From Octopus sinensis (Eukaryota), in the NCBI RefSeq assembly GCF_006345805.1, contig NC_043003.1:82956001-83020000 (forward strand): a DNA stretch of 64,000 nt, written 5' to 3'. Shown piece after piece: positions 11,140 to 25,560 of the stretch. The notes beneath the pieces are model-generated. The model did not search any database. It worked only from the letters and a program-made list of their open reading frames with translations, and had not been told where the DNA came from. Each line of letters opens with the position of its first letter. Position 1 is the first letter of the stretch. The position numbers and the translations under genes were made by a program.

Positions 11140-11960
11140 TAAATGATATAATCATATCTTAGCTTTACAGCTGTTTCAAATAATCGATTATTGTTATAAC
11201 ATTCAAATTATGTTAATAAGTCTATTAAGGACATGTCCTTATTAAACTCCCATTTGTGTTTTTCTCCTTCATCAGCACACTGTCAAATTTCCTGCCTGCC
11301 CCCCACCCATTTGTATAACCTATTTTCGTGCTAAATGTCAGAGACGCCTTCTTAAAATGCTCATCTGTATTAGCGACATTTTTTATGGTATTTATTGTTT
11401 TTGTTTGCTTCACATTTATCCACGATCTGCTATGATTTATGGTCTGCTACCTGTCTGCAATGCATCTATAGAATCAGCTGGCCTAAGCACATATTTTTCT
11501 CGCACTTCACTTTTTCTTTTCTCTTTTCTTTTTTTTTTGGGTTTTAGATTTCTGACTTCCTTTGATCTAACCTGTATAGCCATTTTCTCTCTTTCTTAAT
11601 TTTATAACCAATTTTTAGTAGTCGTGCGGTTAGCTAACGTTATATGAAAAACAACTAATTCCCCCTCAGGCAGCCAGTCCTTCTCTCTCGCCTCCTCTCT
11701 CTATTTCTATTTTACGTACCACTACTGACTTTCCTCACCTCTTCTCTGTCTTTCTAGTCCTACTGAACTTACACATATTCATAAACACTGTTCTTCCCTA
11801 TGTTATTCTCTAGTGTCTTCTGATGTGGACATCAAGATGTCGATACGCGGGTCTCTTAAATCTGTGACAATCCTTACACCTAAAATATTATTCGGCTCGA
11901 TTAATAATATGCATGTTTATAGCAGTCATCGATTGTCTGAAACAGCTGTACAGATAAAAC
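11140..11960. mobile_element. Probable decayed Penelope-like terminal regions with hammerhead remnants
   Basis: gaaacagctgta motifs on both strands (~11165 minus, ~11940 plus), a pyrimidine-rich body, and CTGATGT-G-GACATC-AA-GATGTC-GATA-CGCG at 11820-11849. Confidence 0.4.
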
Positions 11961-12263
11961 TTAATGACATCATATGACTATATACAGAACTTCTCATGCG
12001 AATACACGCATTCACTGTCAGATCACGAAATTACGAACTACGTCTCGTCAGTGATAGCTATCTGCTTGTTGCATACTTATCAAATCTCACTGCCGGTGAT
12101 ACAGAGAGTTACTTTGACTTTTCAGGCACTGATGTCGCAAATAACCAGCAGGTTTATTAAAAGTTAACCATTAGTGACAGAAGCATTATTAATGCCAAAA
12201 CGCAATATTTATGTCCGAATTGGCGTAGATATTTTGTTAGAACATTGAATATTTCTAATATTT

Positions 12264-12320
12264 CTATATAAGAGGATCTCTCAAGGCAATATTTGCCTTA
12301 AGGGAGATCCTCTTATATAG
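12264..12320. repeat. 57-nt near-perfect hairpin
   Basis: ctatataagaggatctc/gagatcctcttatatag (17 bp) plus aaggcaa/ttgcctt (7 bp), 3-nt loop. Confidence 0.9.
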
Positions 12321-12449
12321 ATGAATGTTGCATCTCTTGAACAAATTGTACTTTATATTGGACTTTTTTAGTTCTCAGATATTCAATTCTCATCTTGATA
12401 TTTCGAATGATTTTCAAACATAAGATTAAACATAAGATGAATATCAAAG

Positions 12450-13100
12450 TATATTTATGGCGAAAAAAGTATCATCAAGTTAATTGTACAAGACCTCGCT
12501 TTTATACATTATGTCTTGCCTAATCTTGAATTACGCGGCATAGAATTCATACGATACGGATTTCAATCTGTATAACATATTTTGCATGAAAAAGTATATT
12601 AATGTGTGGAACAAATATACTCCGGAAAACCTGCAATAGATATAAACCTGTGAATCTGGAACTGAAGTAAGATCGTTTATTGGCATGGTAATTAGAGTTA
12701 AAATTTCCGGGAAAAAAGTTTGCTAAATTAATCTGTTCTTTGTCTTACAAGATCAATTTTTATCACATTTGCTATCACATTATCCGTTGCTTTCAAATGT
12801 TTATTCAAATGAATATCTAAAGAATGTTGCTACCTTGGTTTATTTCCAGGATATTCTATACAAATGATACAGGAGTGTGTGAATAGGTTATATTAGTAAT
12901 TTGGATAAAATGATATCCGTGTGCAATATTCACACCGAAAAATTGTTTCAGAGTAAACAAGAACAGTTATTTTTCAATTAAGAGGTTGACTCCATACATC
13001 TGTATGTTGAGCTGTATGAATGCTCTCATTTGCAGCTGTACAAATAAAACACAAATTTTATACTCATTCTAGCAGAGAAATGCAACAGCATATTCGGTAT
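12450..13100 (+). mobile_element. Decayed hAT (Buster/Charlie-like) transposase relic
   Basis: Stop-interrupted frames give TEVR, LLSNVYSNEYLKNVATLVYFQDILYK and EKLFQSK, resembling the TEVRWLS..W..LAYL.DIF segment. Weak, by-eye match. Confidence 0.4.
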
Positions 13101-14399
13101 ATTAATGGTCCTGATAAGTTATAGTTAATGTTTTCAGGTAAAACGTATCTAAGCAGTAATGTCAACATTACCTATATTGACTATTGTCTGCGTGTTTAAT
13201 TGAATCCTGGCTAAAGATCACCTACGTTCACTGCCACCATTTAAGCTTCAATGTTACTGCTTATTCTTGCATCGCATCGTATATTCCGTACGGTTGGACA
13301 TCATAGTTATGCACATCGTAAACAAAAGCACAGTTAAGATATCTTGGTTTGGACTTGATAATTGCATAAACATAAACGATATTCAAAGGAAACAAATGCA
13401 ATAATATCAGACAATCTAAATTTCGGGAAAATAAAAGTTATACAAATAGGAATGGATCCTGTCTTCAAACTCATCTGAGTAAAGAATGACCATGTTTCAG
13501 TTTTATTATCTCTTTTTCACTTCAGGTGGTAAGACATAGAAGCAATCAGCTTATATATAAATAGATGGAAATTAGCAGTACTAATTACGAATATAAACAA
13601 AAAACCTGTGAGAAAATCCCTCATGGAGGTGTTGTGCATTCTATAGGATTTTACAAATGCAAAATAAGGATTTGAAAAGAACTTCATTTGAGTGGTATTG
13701 CTTTTGCTATATATGGGTATATAAATTTTGTTTTGTTATCATGTTTGGATACTGCACATATATTTTCATTATCATATTACATATTACTGCATAGGTTTAC
13801 GGAGGAGTATGTTCGGGTTAATTACAAAAGAATGACAAAAGCATTCTTATATATGTGTATATAACTATTTACTAATTCATGATTCTTAATATAAAATTCT
13901 GCTTTCGAATATTCTACCGTGAATTATAAGATAATATTTCCAATGAGGACTGGACTGGCGAATGGAAATAGCATGTGTTTGAAATATTCTTGTGTCTGAA
14001 ATATTCTTTGAAATATTCTTGCAAAGATTAGCTTCCGTTCAAATCGAAAGACTTGTTAAAGGATCTCAACACGTTGTTGCTTTTCGTGGTGTGGGTAACA
14101 AGATAATACTGAGTTCAATACGATTTTCTGTCTCCGAAGGGAATATAACGTAAAGATTTATTCTTATTTTAATTTAGTAAAGAAAATGTTAGGACAGTTT
14201 GAAACATCATTGTGCAAACAAAGCCTAATGCTTAATGAGATATGTAATGGGATTGTGCAGTGATTCATTCGAAGTAAACTGAATCAGGTGAATTTCGTTT
14301 GAATTAAAGTGAAATTATACTGATTATTAAGATATGTTTCGTTCAGATATTTGTAAATGTAGGTGAAAGTTGTAAAGGAATCGATCTTGTTGTAAGAGA

Positions 14400-14560
14400 A
14401 TTAATGGTCTCGCCAAATTAGTGGACTTGTATCGTACTTCTGCTGCATTCTATACCTACTTCAAACATAAATACTTCAGAAATGATTCTTAAGATCAAGT
14501 GGGCCAATTATATTCCAGATAACGGTTATCAATGATTCAGAAATATGTGCATTCAATCTT
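14400..14560 (+). mobile_element. Short RTE LINE relic
   Basis: MILKIKWANYIPD resembles RTE R.IL.IKWQD.IPN. Confidence 0.3.
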
Positions 14561-16260
14561 TCTTGCAAGTTGTATCACGCAATATTGTGTGCACTGATGA
14601 CTAATAAATCTATAGACGAAAGTAGGCGAATTTAAAATTCAAATTTAATATTAACTTTAAAAATAAACTAACAAAGGAATGGTTGGTGGACCGCACCGTG
14701 AAGCAAATTAGGTCGTGGCTGGTCTGCAAATGATGCAACATATGAAATACAAATAAACATTTCTTTTACGCTTTGTACGTCCCATACATGAAAACATTAC
14801 TGAATAGCACGTTTCACTTATTCATGAAAGAAGAAAAAAACAATTCTAATACGGAAAGAAAGAAAAAAAGTAACAAATGCACTGTAGAATGTTGTGGCTT
14901 TCAACGGATCGATAATAATTGATAGGATAGTGTCATTGATAAATTTTTATTCTATGTGTCCAAATTTCCTGTCTTTAGATATCAAAGTGATCGTAGCACA
15001 TCTAATGCATAAGAACTACCCGTTTTGTAATTGGTGTATTGTCAATAAAGGATAGACAAGGCTTTTCTTTTGTCCAAAACTCTCATTCACACTAGAGAAG
15101 AAAAGAGAAGGGAAGATTTATTGATATATGTTTTCAGTATTATACTTTGTCATGTATTTGTTCATACTTTACCACAGCATATATTTGTCTACATTTCCCC
15201 TTTCATACTGCGTCTTAAACACCGCAAAGATGCAATATGAAACGAAACTGCATCGAACATCATACAATAAAAATCTATATCAAAATGCCAATTCTATAAC
15301 AAAATAGGCTTGAACAAAAGAGACATGAGGAAAACTAATAACTTGTGAGTAACTATCGATTTATAAACATATATATATATACATATATATAAGCCAATCT
15401 GTATATCTAAATATTTGCTAACATATAAGTAAAAGTAGTTCGAATTATGTAGGTATGGATATATACAGAAAGAAAGTAAAAGTGAATGAATATATTGTAA
15501 GTTATTCCGTAGGTACCAATGCAGCATTCGTTGATAGAAGTAAGATTACATGATGTTAAAAAACAAAGCTGTTACATCATATCAATTATATAGCTCTATT
15601 CTTAGTGAAGTTTTATTCAAGAGAATTCATAACTATATTTTAAAAAAGCTCTATCCGTTGTATCCCACACAAAGCAGCAGTAAATTGCAGCAATCTAGAA
15701 GGTTGCTAAGCTTTGATGAAAACTATATTTATTATAATTTATGAGTTTGCTGGTTTCATACTGACATAAATAATGTAGCAAAGAAAGCTAACGAATCACA
15801 CGTAAATTATACAGTATATACGTCGTTTACACACATGAATTCCATCCGTATGTACAATTTAGTGTACTAGGTCATCAAGAATTAAGTGACTTTGCCAGGA
15901 GCACAGCATAATATTAAAGACTGGTAAGAAAAAAGTCTACGTGGCTACACATCCAGCTGCGTTCTAAGTATAAATACATTCGTGGGAAGAATACAGATAT
16001 TGAATTATTATACTTGCAGACACGCACACACACACAAACACACACTCACACACATACATACGTGTGTGTGTTTGTGTGTGTGTTATAAACTTCGATATTT
16101 TTGTGTTCACTTCGAGATGGCAAATTTATAAGAATTTCACGAATTTCCTCTGATTATATAAGACACGACCAACATAGCTTCCTAGATTTTCATCTGCAAA
16201 AGTACAAAAGGAAATATAGTAACTCACCAGCGCTAGTATTTCTTTCTACAAGGAAATATT

Positions 16261-16683
16261 CTCTTCAACTCTAAATATTCTCTTCTACTCTAGGCACAAG
16301 GCCTGATATTTTTGGAGAGGTGACTAGTCGATTAGATCGACTCCAGTACGCAAATGGTATTTAATTTATCGATCCCGAAAGGATGAAAGGCGAAGTCGAC
16401 CTCGGCGGAATTTGAACTCAGAACGTAACGGCAGACGAAATACCTATGTCTTTACTACCCACAAAGAGCTAAACACAGAGAGGTCAAATAAGGACAGACA
16501 AACGGATTAAGTCGATTATATCGACCCTAGTGCGTAACTGGTACTTAATTTATCGACTCCGAAAGGATGAAAGGCAAAGTCGACCTCGGCGGAATTTGAA
16601 CTCAGAACGTAACGTCAGACGATATACGGCTACGCGTTTCGCCCGGCGCGCTAACATTTCTACCTGCTCGCCGCCTTAGAAGT
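16261..16683 (-). mobile_element. Composite (dimeric) SINE family A
   Basis: A full copy (16677 to ~16444) runs directly into a headless second copy with a different tail. AAGGAAATATT occurs on both flanks (16250-16260, 16684-16694) as a probable TSD. Confidence 0.9.
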
Positions 16684-18351
16684 AAGGAAATATTGTTTCA
16701 GTGGATGAAAATGTGTTATTGTGAATCATTGTAAATATTGTACGATCCCAAAGTGTATTGTTACTTTTCAGAAAAATGGTTTCTGAGAGGAAATCTGATT
16801 GGATTTCTTCTTGCTTGGAATTTACGCTATGGTTCCTTTGATACTAGTAATATTTCATTTTCATTAATGAGGATCATGCCTATATTTTGAGGTGAGTGTA
16901 GAGAGTCGAAAGAATAAATATCAACCAAGGTACTTGAAATATTCAGGTTAGATATGGTTTCGTACTCTATGCTTTTGTAATGTTTTTACCCTTGAAACAT
17001 ATTTTACTGATTTGTTACATAGTACAATGCTACAAATATGCGTGTTTCATACTTGAATTCATCAATACCTGTAAGTAGAGGGTAGTTACTTTATTAATAA
17101 CACAAGGAACGAAAGAAAAATAAACCTTGGTGCTATTAATAATATTTCACATATTCGACTACTTACTAAACAAAGTAATATAAAGTATATGAAGTTGTTT
17201 GCATTTATGTATTAGGATATCTGAATAAAAGCCATGCGTAAAACAAAAATTATAAACACTTTCATTCACATGAGTCATAAGAGAACTATCTTATTGCAAG
17301 CTTGTCAACTTTTGCAACCACATTTTTTTCTGCTAACTCTTCTGTTGTCATGAATCATAAGATAGCTCATTTTTATAAATCGTCTATCATTATTCTCACT
17401 CGAAATTTCACATATCTTCTGATCTCACTGAAGCTTTCAATTTTACAGTACTACCGCGTAATACAGTGGTGAGTTTTACCACCTTGTGATACTACTTCGT
17501 GGGCTGAGCTGACGAGAGTTAAAGTCTCTTTAATAAAGTTTCTTTAATTTTCTTGATAAAGAAACAGGCACAGGATAGGAACTGCATGTAATCAGTTTCA
17601 TCAATATATTAACTTAGCGAAGAGATTTGATACGTTTTCAATGTTATTAGATTGCATTAATGTGTTATTATGTTGCAGTATATTTGTAAAATATCAGCAA
17701 AATACTTTGGGATATTTATGTGAGTACACTTACGTTCTGATTTCCTCTAGTGCAGAATTTGACGTTACTTTCCATTAGTCTCTGGTCAACAATCAATTTC
17801 GTCTGGTCGATTATACATTCTTTAAATAATGCATGGCTTTGTTCCGGTGGATGTTTGAATCAGTTAATTATAACTTTTACAGACAACCGGTAGCGCAGAC
17901 GTTGTGGTGTGTTTAAAGCCTTCTTTCATAGTTACTTGGCTTCGTGCTTAATTCATCTCTTGAGTAAGTGCCTTCTTCTGTGAGCTCAAAGCAATCAGCA
18001 GTACTGTGGTGAGTGATATTTTGTACAGAAGCTGATCTGGAGAGAGACAGATAAAGTTCTTGCGTAGTTTATTTAATCAGTCATCCAGTTTCGTAGCACC
18101 CCCTGGTCACTTGGTGGTTTTAGCAAGTTTACTCTGTTTTAATCCTTCGTCGACAGTGTCTTCTCTGAAAATAACTTTCTGTAGTCTTCTTCGCAGTGCA
18201 GTTTCCATGTCTGCTGGCTAAACGACTGGAATGATCTTGAATGAATAATCTATTTTTATGCTGTGTATGTTCCAGTACCAATATAGGATGGTTCTTCCTC
18301 AGAAAGCCGTATTTTTTCTTAAAATGTGCCACTCCCCTGACTCATTATAAG

Positions 18352-18391
<40 letters not shown>

Positions 18392-19006
18392 TACAGAGTA
18401 GTCATCTCGCAGTTACCATGTGCTTTAACCGTTTCTAGAAATATGACCTTGCAGAAATCAGCAACCCATTTCCTTACAATCAATATTTACTGTTTTAGCA
18501 TAGAATGCGACACTTGACAGAAACGCGAGAGCAAATCTTGTAATTTCTTTAAATGTTATCGAGAGCACGGTCAACAATCAATTCTTGCTCCATCGAACGG
18601 TAAGAGTCAGAAGTAACAACAATACAAAAGGTCACCAATTGATAAAGACAACGTTTGATCGATTGAATGTAAAATTAACCCTCTCTTCTCACATATGATT
18701 TCGTACCGGAACGAGAGATATATTATGAAAGGTATCATTCAAACTAATTTTCGAATTTTATTCAGTGTTACAACTGTAGTATATTTCAAATATGTCCTTA
18801 TTATACTGAGCTATTCTGAGTTTTTATTTAATGAAGTTCAAATACATCATGTGTATATGAGTGTGTGTGTCTGTGTGTGTATGAGTATATACTCACAACA
18901 GCATGTATGTGTATCTATGTGTGGGTGCGTTAGTGTTTGTGTGTAGTTGCACATAATCAAACATGTGTACCAATTTTACCCACATTACCTAGATAACAAT
19001 CAGTAA

Positions 19007-19436
19007 TCTCTCTATATATAAACGGCAGTTTGTCTGTCTGTGTGTCTGTGTGGCTGTCAGGTTGTACCCTCACCCTGACCACGGCTTTCAACTGATTCTG
19101 ATGAAACTTGACACACACATAGCCCAATGTTATCATTCAAAACTAACGTAGCGAAAATTTTGAAAAGTTCCCCTACTTCTGAAAAAAATCGATAAATTCG
19201 ACATGGGGTCGATAATCTAAGCTTTTTATATGTATCACATTTTCTGTTGTAGTTTTCGCAACTTGCAATCGGGAGACAGCTAGGAACATCGTATACATAG
19301 AAGTATTCGAGTGAAGAGAAGACATTGCAGCCTACACATGCGCCTTCGTTCCCTAGAGGGAAAGAACTAGATTGGGATTAGTCGTTGCCTACTAGGGGCT
19401 CTTACATACCCGGGCAACGCCGGGCTATGCTGCTAG
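19007..19436 (+). mobile_element. Non-autonomous Helitron (430 bp)
   Basis: A|TC 5' end (tctctctatatataaacggcag), subterminal hairpin CCCGG-gcaacg-CCGGG at 19409-19424, CTAG|T 3' end, no TSD. Confidence 0.9.
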
Positions 19437-20699
19437 TTGAAATTATAAAAGAAAGTCTAGCTACCTTAAAAACCAGCGCTACGTTGGATGCTATTGCCTT
19501 TCCTTATGAAAAATGATGGCAGTCGTGTTTGTCAATCATTTCTTTTAGATTTGCAATATAATAATTTATATTGGACTAAGAAACAAAACCAGTAGATAAC
19601 GCAAAAACAGAAACATCTTACATACTTTCCTTCAGGCAAAATCATGACACCTCTACCTCGTCGCTCAGCCTGCTGAAAATAGCAGCCAAATCTCAACAGT
19701 TAGTACTGAACAACAACATATTTTCTCTTGAAATGTAATCAATAGAAGCTATATTATTCCCGAAAATTAAAATAACTATTCATTGTGTGATATATGCCGC
19801 AAAGTTATGTACAAAATCTTTTCCTTCTGGCGCTCTCATTTGTTCCGTTTTCTTTAGCATTTTGTTTCCTATCGAATTTCATTTAAATCCGATAAGTAAA
19901 CGCAACAGTTGTTTTATAGAAAGAACATTACAAGTATTGCGTTTTAGTACCACGGCAATGATGGACCAGGTGAAAATAATATAAGAGAATGTTAGATAAT
20001 ATAATTACGTACTGTGATCAGGTCATTAGTCAGAGTAATTTACTTAAATGCTGTGAATTGTGTCTCAGGATTAGATTGGTATATATATATACGCTACCTT
20101 CTTTTGAAGCAATATATTGTAAAGATACATCTCAATAAAATCTGATCAAAAGTGAGCATATAGATAAAAGAAAATCGATTAATCAATGAGATTATGTGAA
20201 ATTGTCGCACACCACATGAAAGAATAGAACACATCTTACTCTGGTAACTCACATAGTTAGATAGATAACTGACTGCTAAATTGTTAATCAGATGACTGAG
20301 CGAAACAAGAATAACTCGTTTAACTACTAAGAATAATTGGGTATAACATTCTTCGAAAACTGTGTCATTTATTTACCGAGAACAGTTTACAAGAAAAACA
20401 AAATAAACTTTCTCTCAAACTATTTCTCTGTCTTAAAATGCATTTACGTTTCAGCACTTTGTGAATTCGAACGGAACGGGTTGTGTAGGCAATATATAGG
20501 TAACGAATAACTTTAGCATACGAAACTACATTATTCTAATGCCTAAAGACTGTATAAAACAGACAAACTTCTTAAAATGACTGATAAAGAAATAAAAACG
20601 AAATACATTATGTATTTACATCAACCTACTGGCCAAGACAGTGGTAGTCCAATCAATCAATATGGAAATAGTTGTCTTAAATCTTGTCGAAATTCTGCA

Positions 20700-21060
20700 A
20701 GGCCAAGATGCCCTACTTATCTCTCAGTGGCCGTAACTCCGTAGCTCTACGTGTCGTCTATCCATTCAACTTCTCTGCCCATCATATCTAGGAGAGTCAT
20801 GGGCGTAGCGTCCTCAAGTGCCTCTTTCATAGAATCTAATGAGAAGCAACCGTCTTTACAGTTTCCGATTGGATTCCCAAGCGTGTGCACCTCCGGCAAT
20901 GGATATTGTACAACCATCTCGATATTCCTCTACCTCTAGGTCTTCAAACAGTTGTGGTTGAAGAAACCGTCTTGCGATTCTTTACTGCGATATTCTAATC
21001 ACATATCCGTTGTACTGGAGTTGTGATCGATTAATGCGGAGTAAATGTTACATGTAAGAA
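20700..21060 (-). mobile_element. Decayed RTE LINE 3' end
   Basis: Translation LLRIL... and LDSMKEALEDATPMTLLDMMGREVEW..YGVT resembles the RTE C-terminus. Weak match. Confidence 0.4.
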
Positions 21061-22117
21061 TGCGGAGAAGTAGAGGTTTCATGTCTTTACTGGAAAAGCA
21101 AGAAATTCCCTGTGTCGAGTTATATTCTATTTTAAATTGTCCCGGCTAAAACTCATAATTTATACTGTGCAGCTTAGGTTAAAAGTATAATGTGTTTTAT
21201 GTAACTACGAGCAAAGGACGTGAATATCAGATTTATGACAAAATTAGACTTTGTGACGTTCCAAGAGTTTTAAAATGTTTCTTTATCTCAGAAACATTAT
21301 AGCGGGGAGGTGTATTTAAGAAATTTAATCTCAACCAGAAAAGAGGAACAGGTATTTCAACTGGCGTAGAATTAACATCATATTCTGCGACACTTACCAA
21401 ATAAGTCTAATTTTGCTTCTTTTATCCTTCCTAGAAGACAGGTGAAGTATATTTTAAATGATGGGGCAATCAAATATTGTAACAGTGTGTAGCCTTTACC
21501 AAAGTATTCAGCGGTCAAGTAAATCAAATAAAGTAAATTGTATCAGCTGTCAGACAAGTGTTGTAGCTGCATCGCAATAACACCGTACCGAAAGAACACC
21601 TGTTGATGTATGACAGTCGCTATATGTTTAGCATCAGTCCAATAAATATATTACGCAAGTCAACAAAGTCTCTGCACGTTGACTCATACTTGCTAAATGT
21701 AGACAGTGAAACTTCACTCATGTCACACACACACATATGAGTATCTTAAAATGAAAGTGATACAGCACAGTACAGCATTATCTACACAAGAAGAATGCGA
21801 TAGCAGCACCTGAAACGCCTTTTAAAGGCTTCATATATTGGAGGTAACCTGAGGTTCAACAGACATAATATAAATTCATAAATATATTTGCTCTGATTTA
21901 TAAAGGGTTAGATTCGAAATACCTACCGAATGATTTCGATTTAAATATTACTGGAATCTGTTTTTTTGGGGAGGGGGTGTAGGGAACAATAGGCTCTCAC
22001 AGGATGAATGACTCGTAATGATCAACTTAAGACAAAGCATTTACTAGTAAATCGGTGACTGAATAAGACCTAAGTTACGAGGATTTTGCTGAGGATGATT
22101 AATCAACTATAATTATG

Positions 22118-22157
<40 letters not shown>

Positions 22158-22217
22158 TTTTCTGTCGCACTAAAGTATGGAGATGAAAGGAGGAGAAATA
22201 CAAAACAATGAAGGAGA

Positions 22218-22233
22218 GATAGATAGATTGATT

Positions 22234-22331
<98 letters not shown>

Positions 22332-22348
22332 TAGATAGATAGACAGAC

Positions 22349-22419
<71 letters not shown>

Positions 22420-22430
22420 CAGACAGAGAG
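22218..22430. repeat. (GATA)n/(GACA)n array
   Basis: Direct reading. Confidence 0.97.
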
Positions 22431-22714
22431 ATAAAGACAGATACAAAGAGAGAGATAGAGAGGTGCAAGTGTCCATGGGAAAGGAAAGTAAAAGAGAATG
22501 ATGAAAGTAGGAAAGAAATTGAAGGAATACAAGAGAAGGAGGAACACGAGGCAGCACCACATACGAACATTCAGACTGAATACACAGCCATAAACACATA
22601 GGGTATACACATCTGACGGAGAATGCACACAGACAAATATATAGTAAGGAAAACACCCACATGCGATTAAGCAAATTTCTTACAAGAGGTAGAAACAAAA
22701 CACGTAAGTAGAAT

Positions 22715-22745
22715 AGCATATATATCACATACATACACACAAACA

Positions 22746-22777
<32 letters not shown>

Positions 22778-22925
22778 CACTCACACACATATTCATACAT
22801 ATATATATGAAGATATATATATACACATATACATACGTACTTACATTCTCATATGTGTGTATATATATATATATAATATATATATATATGTATGTATGTA
22901 TCTATATGTATATGTATGTTTGTAT

Positions 22926-22977
<52 letters not shown>

Positions 22978-23026
22978 ATATATATATGTATGTATATATG
23001 TATGTATCTATATGTATATGTATGTT

Positions 23027-23096
<70 letters not shown>
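22715..23096. repeat. Compound (CATA)n/(TA)n/(TATG)n microsatellite
   Basis: Direct reading. Confidence 0.95.
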
Positions 23097-23100
<4 letters not shown>

Positions 23101-23387
23101 TAAATTTCTTGATGAAAATCTGGATGGCTAATATTATTAATCGTGAACAGATTAGAAGAAACGTATGTCTGATAGAGATGTTATATTTTAGTTATTTTCA
23201 CTGTGTAAACATTGTTCCTTCTTCCTGTTAAAGAGAGATATTTAATAAGTTTTGTACATTAGGTCCTGTTTCTGTCTTTGCTTTCATTTTCTTTCTATTA
23301 TTTCATTATTGGCGTATATTAATACAACAATAATCAGCAATTTGATTTATTAAGCAAAATCCGGATTTATGTGTGTATGCCTGTACA

Positions 23388-23480
23388 CATAAGTGTATGT
23401 ATGTATGTATGTATGTATGTATGTATGTATGTATGTATGTATGTATGTATGTATGTATGTATGTATGCATGTATGTATGT
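23388..23480. repeat. (TATG)n microsatellite
   Basis: Direct reading. Confidence 0.95.
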
Positions 23481-23925
23481 ACGTTCGTGTGTCGGTGTGT
23501 TAGTATTGACACATACATACAGTTCTAAACTTTGAAACAAATAATGTAATTTGCGTCCTACAAGAAATAATTAAGAAAATGTATTCGAAACCAATATATA
23601 TATGTGGAGATTTATCACGTGTGCCATTCATTTATCTATCATAACCTTGGCTATCATAGGAGATGTTTAGGAGCGGGGTGGAATCTTTAGTACACTGGAG
23701 AAAGTGCTTAGGCGTATTTCTCATGGTTATTTAGGTGCTAAGTTCAAATCTATCCATGATCAAATTCACCTTTCACCGTCTCATGCCTTTGCAACCAAAT
23801 GTACCTATTCAGTGTTTCTGTCGATGTGTTACGCTTATAATTTTCAACTAAAATGCAGGTTTTATGCTGTAATTGAAAACATTTATAAACTACGTCGTGC
23901 CTGTGAGTGTGTGTGTGAATGCGTA

Positions 23926-24011
<86 letters not shown>

Positions 24012-24149
24012 GAGATATAAAATAAAACAAATGCACACTAGGTATAAAAGTAATGGCTCTTTTTGTAAAAACAAAGATATATACATACAAATAAATTATT
24101 TGTGGTGGACTTAAAAAGTATAAAACTCTTTTTTATATGAGTCATTATA

Positions 24150-25560
24150 GAAAGTCGTACCGGTTTCGCCATACCTTTTCGGTGACTTGAAATCAGCACC
24201 GATTTCCAAACGCTGTTTGGTCTAATAATACCTGAGTGGAAAGATTGCATGCAAGCGAGGTAAGCATTTCTGAAAGTTATACAATTAAGGTAGATATGAT
24301 TAATAGAATATGAATAGGATATGAGATGTATGAGGATTAGTTGGATTATTGATATTAGTAAGGATTTTAGTGCCTTACGATACGTTGTGTATTTATGTTG
24401 TCGTTGACGTTATTAATGAAAATTGCCTCTTTATTTAATATTTGCTGCACCGAGGTGTTCTGGGAACATTCATGAAAAAGGTAAGTTAGGAAGTTTGGTT
24501 TAAGGTTCCTAGCACATCTATCTATGTGCTCGCTAATCTGTACCTCTCTATATTGTGGGAAGCGGATTTTATCTTTGTGAAGTGTTGCTCTTCGTCTGAA
24601 GTACATTCGTATCTGGCCTACATAGTGGCTTCCACAACCACACAATGTAACAATATATGTTAAGCTTTCAGAGGCACAAGTGAAATTTCAATATTTCATT
24701 CTTCAATATTTCACCTTGTTTGAAGTAAAATTCTGTACCTTCCAAAATGTGGAGGCATGCTTTTTTCCACTTTTGGTTCCCTTGTTAAGTGATATAATCT
24801 TGCGCTTGTTAATATTTTTTCAATGATTTCATCAGCATTTTTCCTTTGATAATTTTGTGTGTGCTCAAAATTTCGTTCATTGTGTTATCTCCAGTGAGAA
24901 TGGGTAGTTTTGGGATGATGATGTTGAATGCTTCATTGTTTCTTGTTTTTATGCGTGGAGCTGTATGGGAGTACTTTTCCATCTGGTGTGGTATTTCGGT
25001 TAACTTCCCTTACTGTTTGTATGTCTTTCCTTTGCTCATTTAATCCCATTAATGATGTTGGGTAATGTTTCCTGATTAGTGTTGATTTAAGTTCACGGAG
25101 TCTTCGTTCACAAGTATTGGTGTCCGAAACTATGGTACAAATTCTTTTCTCTAGATTATAAGATATATTGATTTTTATGTTTTGTTGGTGGCATGTGTTG
25201 AATAATAGGTATTGTTTTGAATCTGTGGGTTTATAAAAGATGTCCATTTCGATGTGATTATTGAAAATTTTAATTGGGATGTAAAAAAAGGGAAGTTGTT
25301 TATTGTTGTGTTCCATGGCGAATTGTATGTTGCTATTGATATTGTTGACCATTATTTTCAATTCGAAGTTTTAGTCCATGTTATCGTTCCAAAATATAAA
25401 GCAGTCATCTAAGTACCTCTTCTAGTTCTCCTTTAAATTGCTATGAAATGAGGTACCATATTTCTGTTGTGATAATTGGTACATTTTAAATTCTAGATAA
25501 CCCATTAGAAGGTTCGCGATTACTGGGGTAGCTCGAGTTTCCTTTGAAATTCCACATCTT
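24150..25560 (-). mobile_element. Penelope-like element relic: RT, GIY-YIG endonuclease and terminal HHR remnant
   Basis: PVIANLLMGYLE..KRYLDDCFIFW; IQFAMEHNNKQLPF..DIFYKPTDSKQYL; CGSHYVGQ (GIY-YIG-like); ctgatttcaa..GAAA-CCGG-TA remnant at ~24155-24200. Confidence 0.85.

Noticed and set aside
14590-14625. CTGATGA..TAGAC-GAAA
   Set aside because: It needs a 2-nt deletion to form stem II and lacks an NUH site and stem I.
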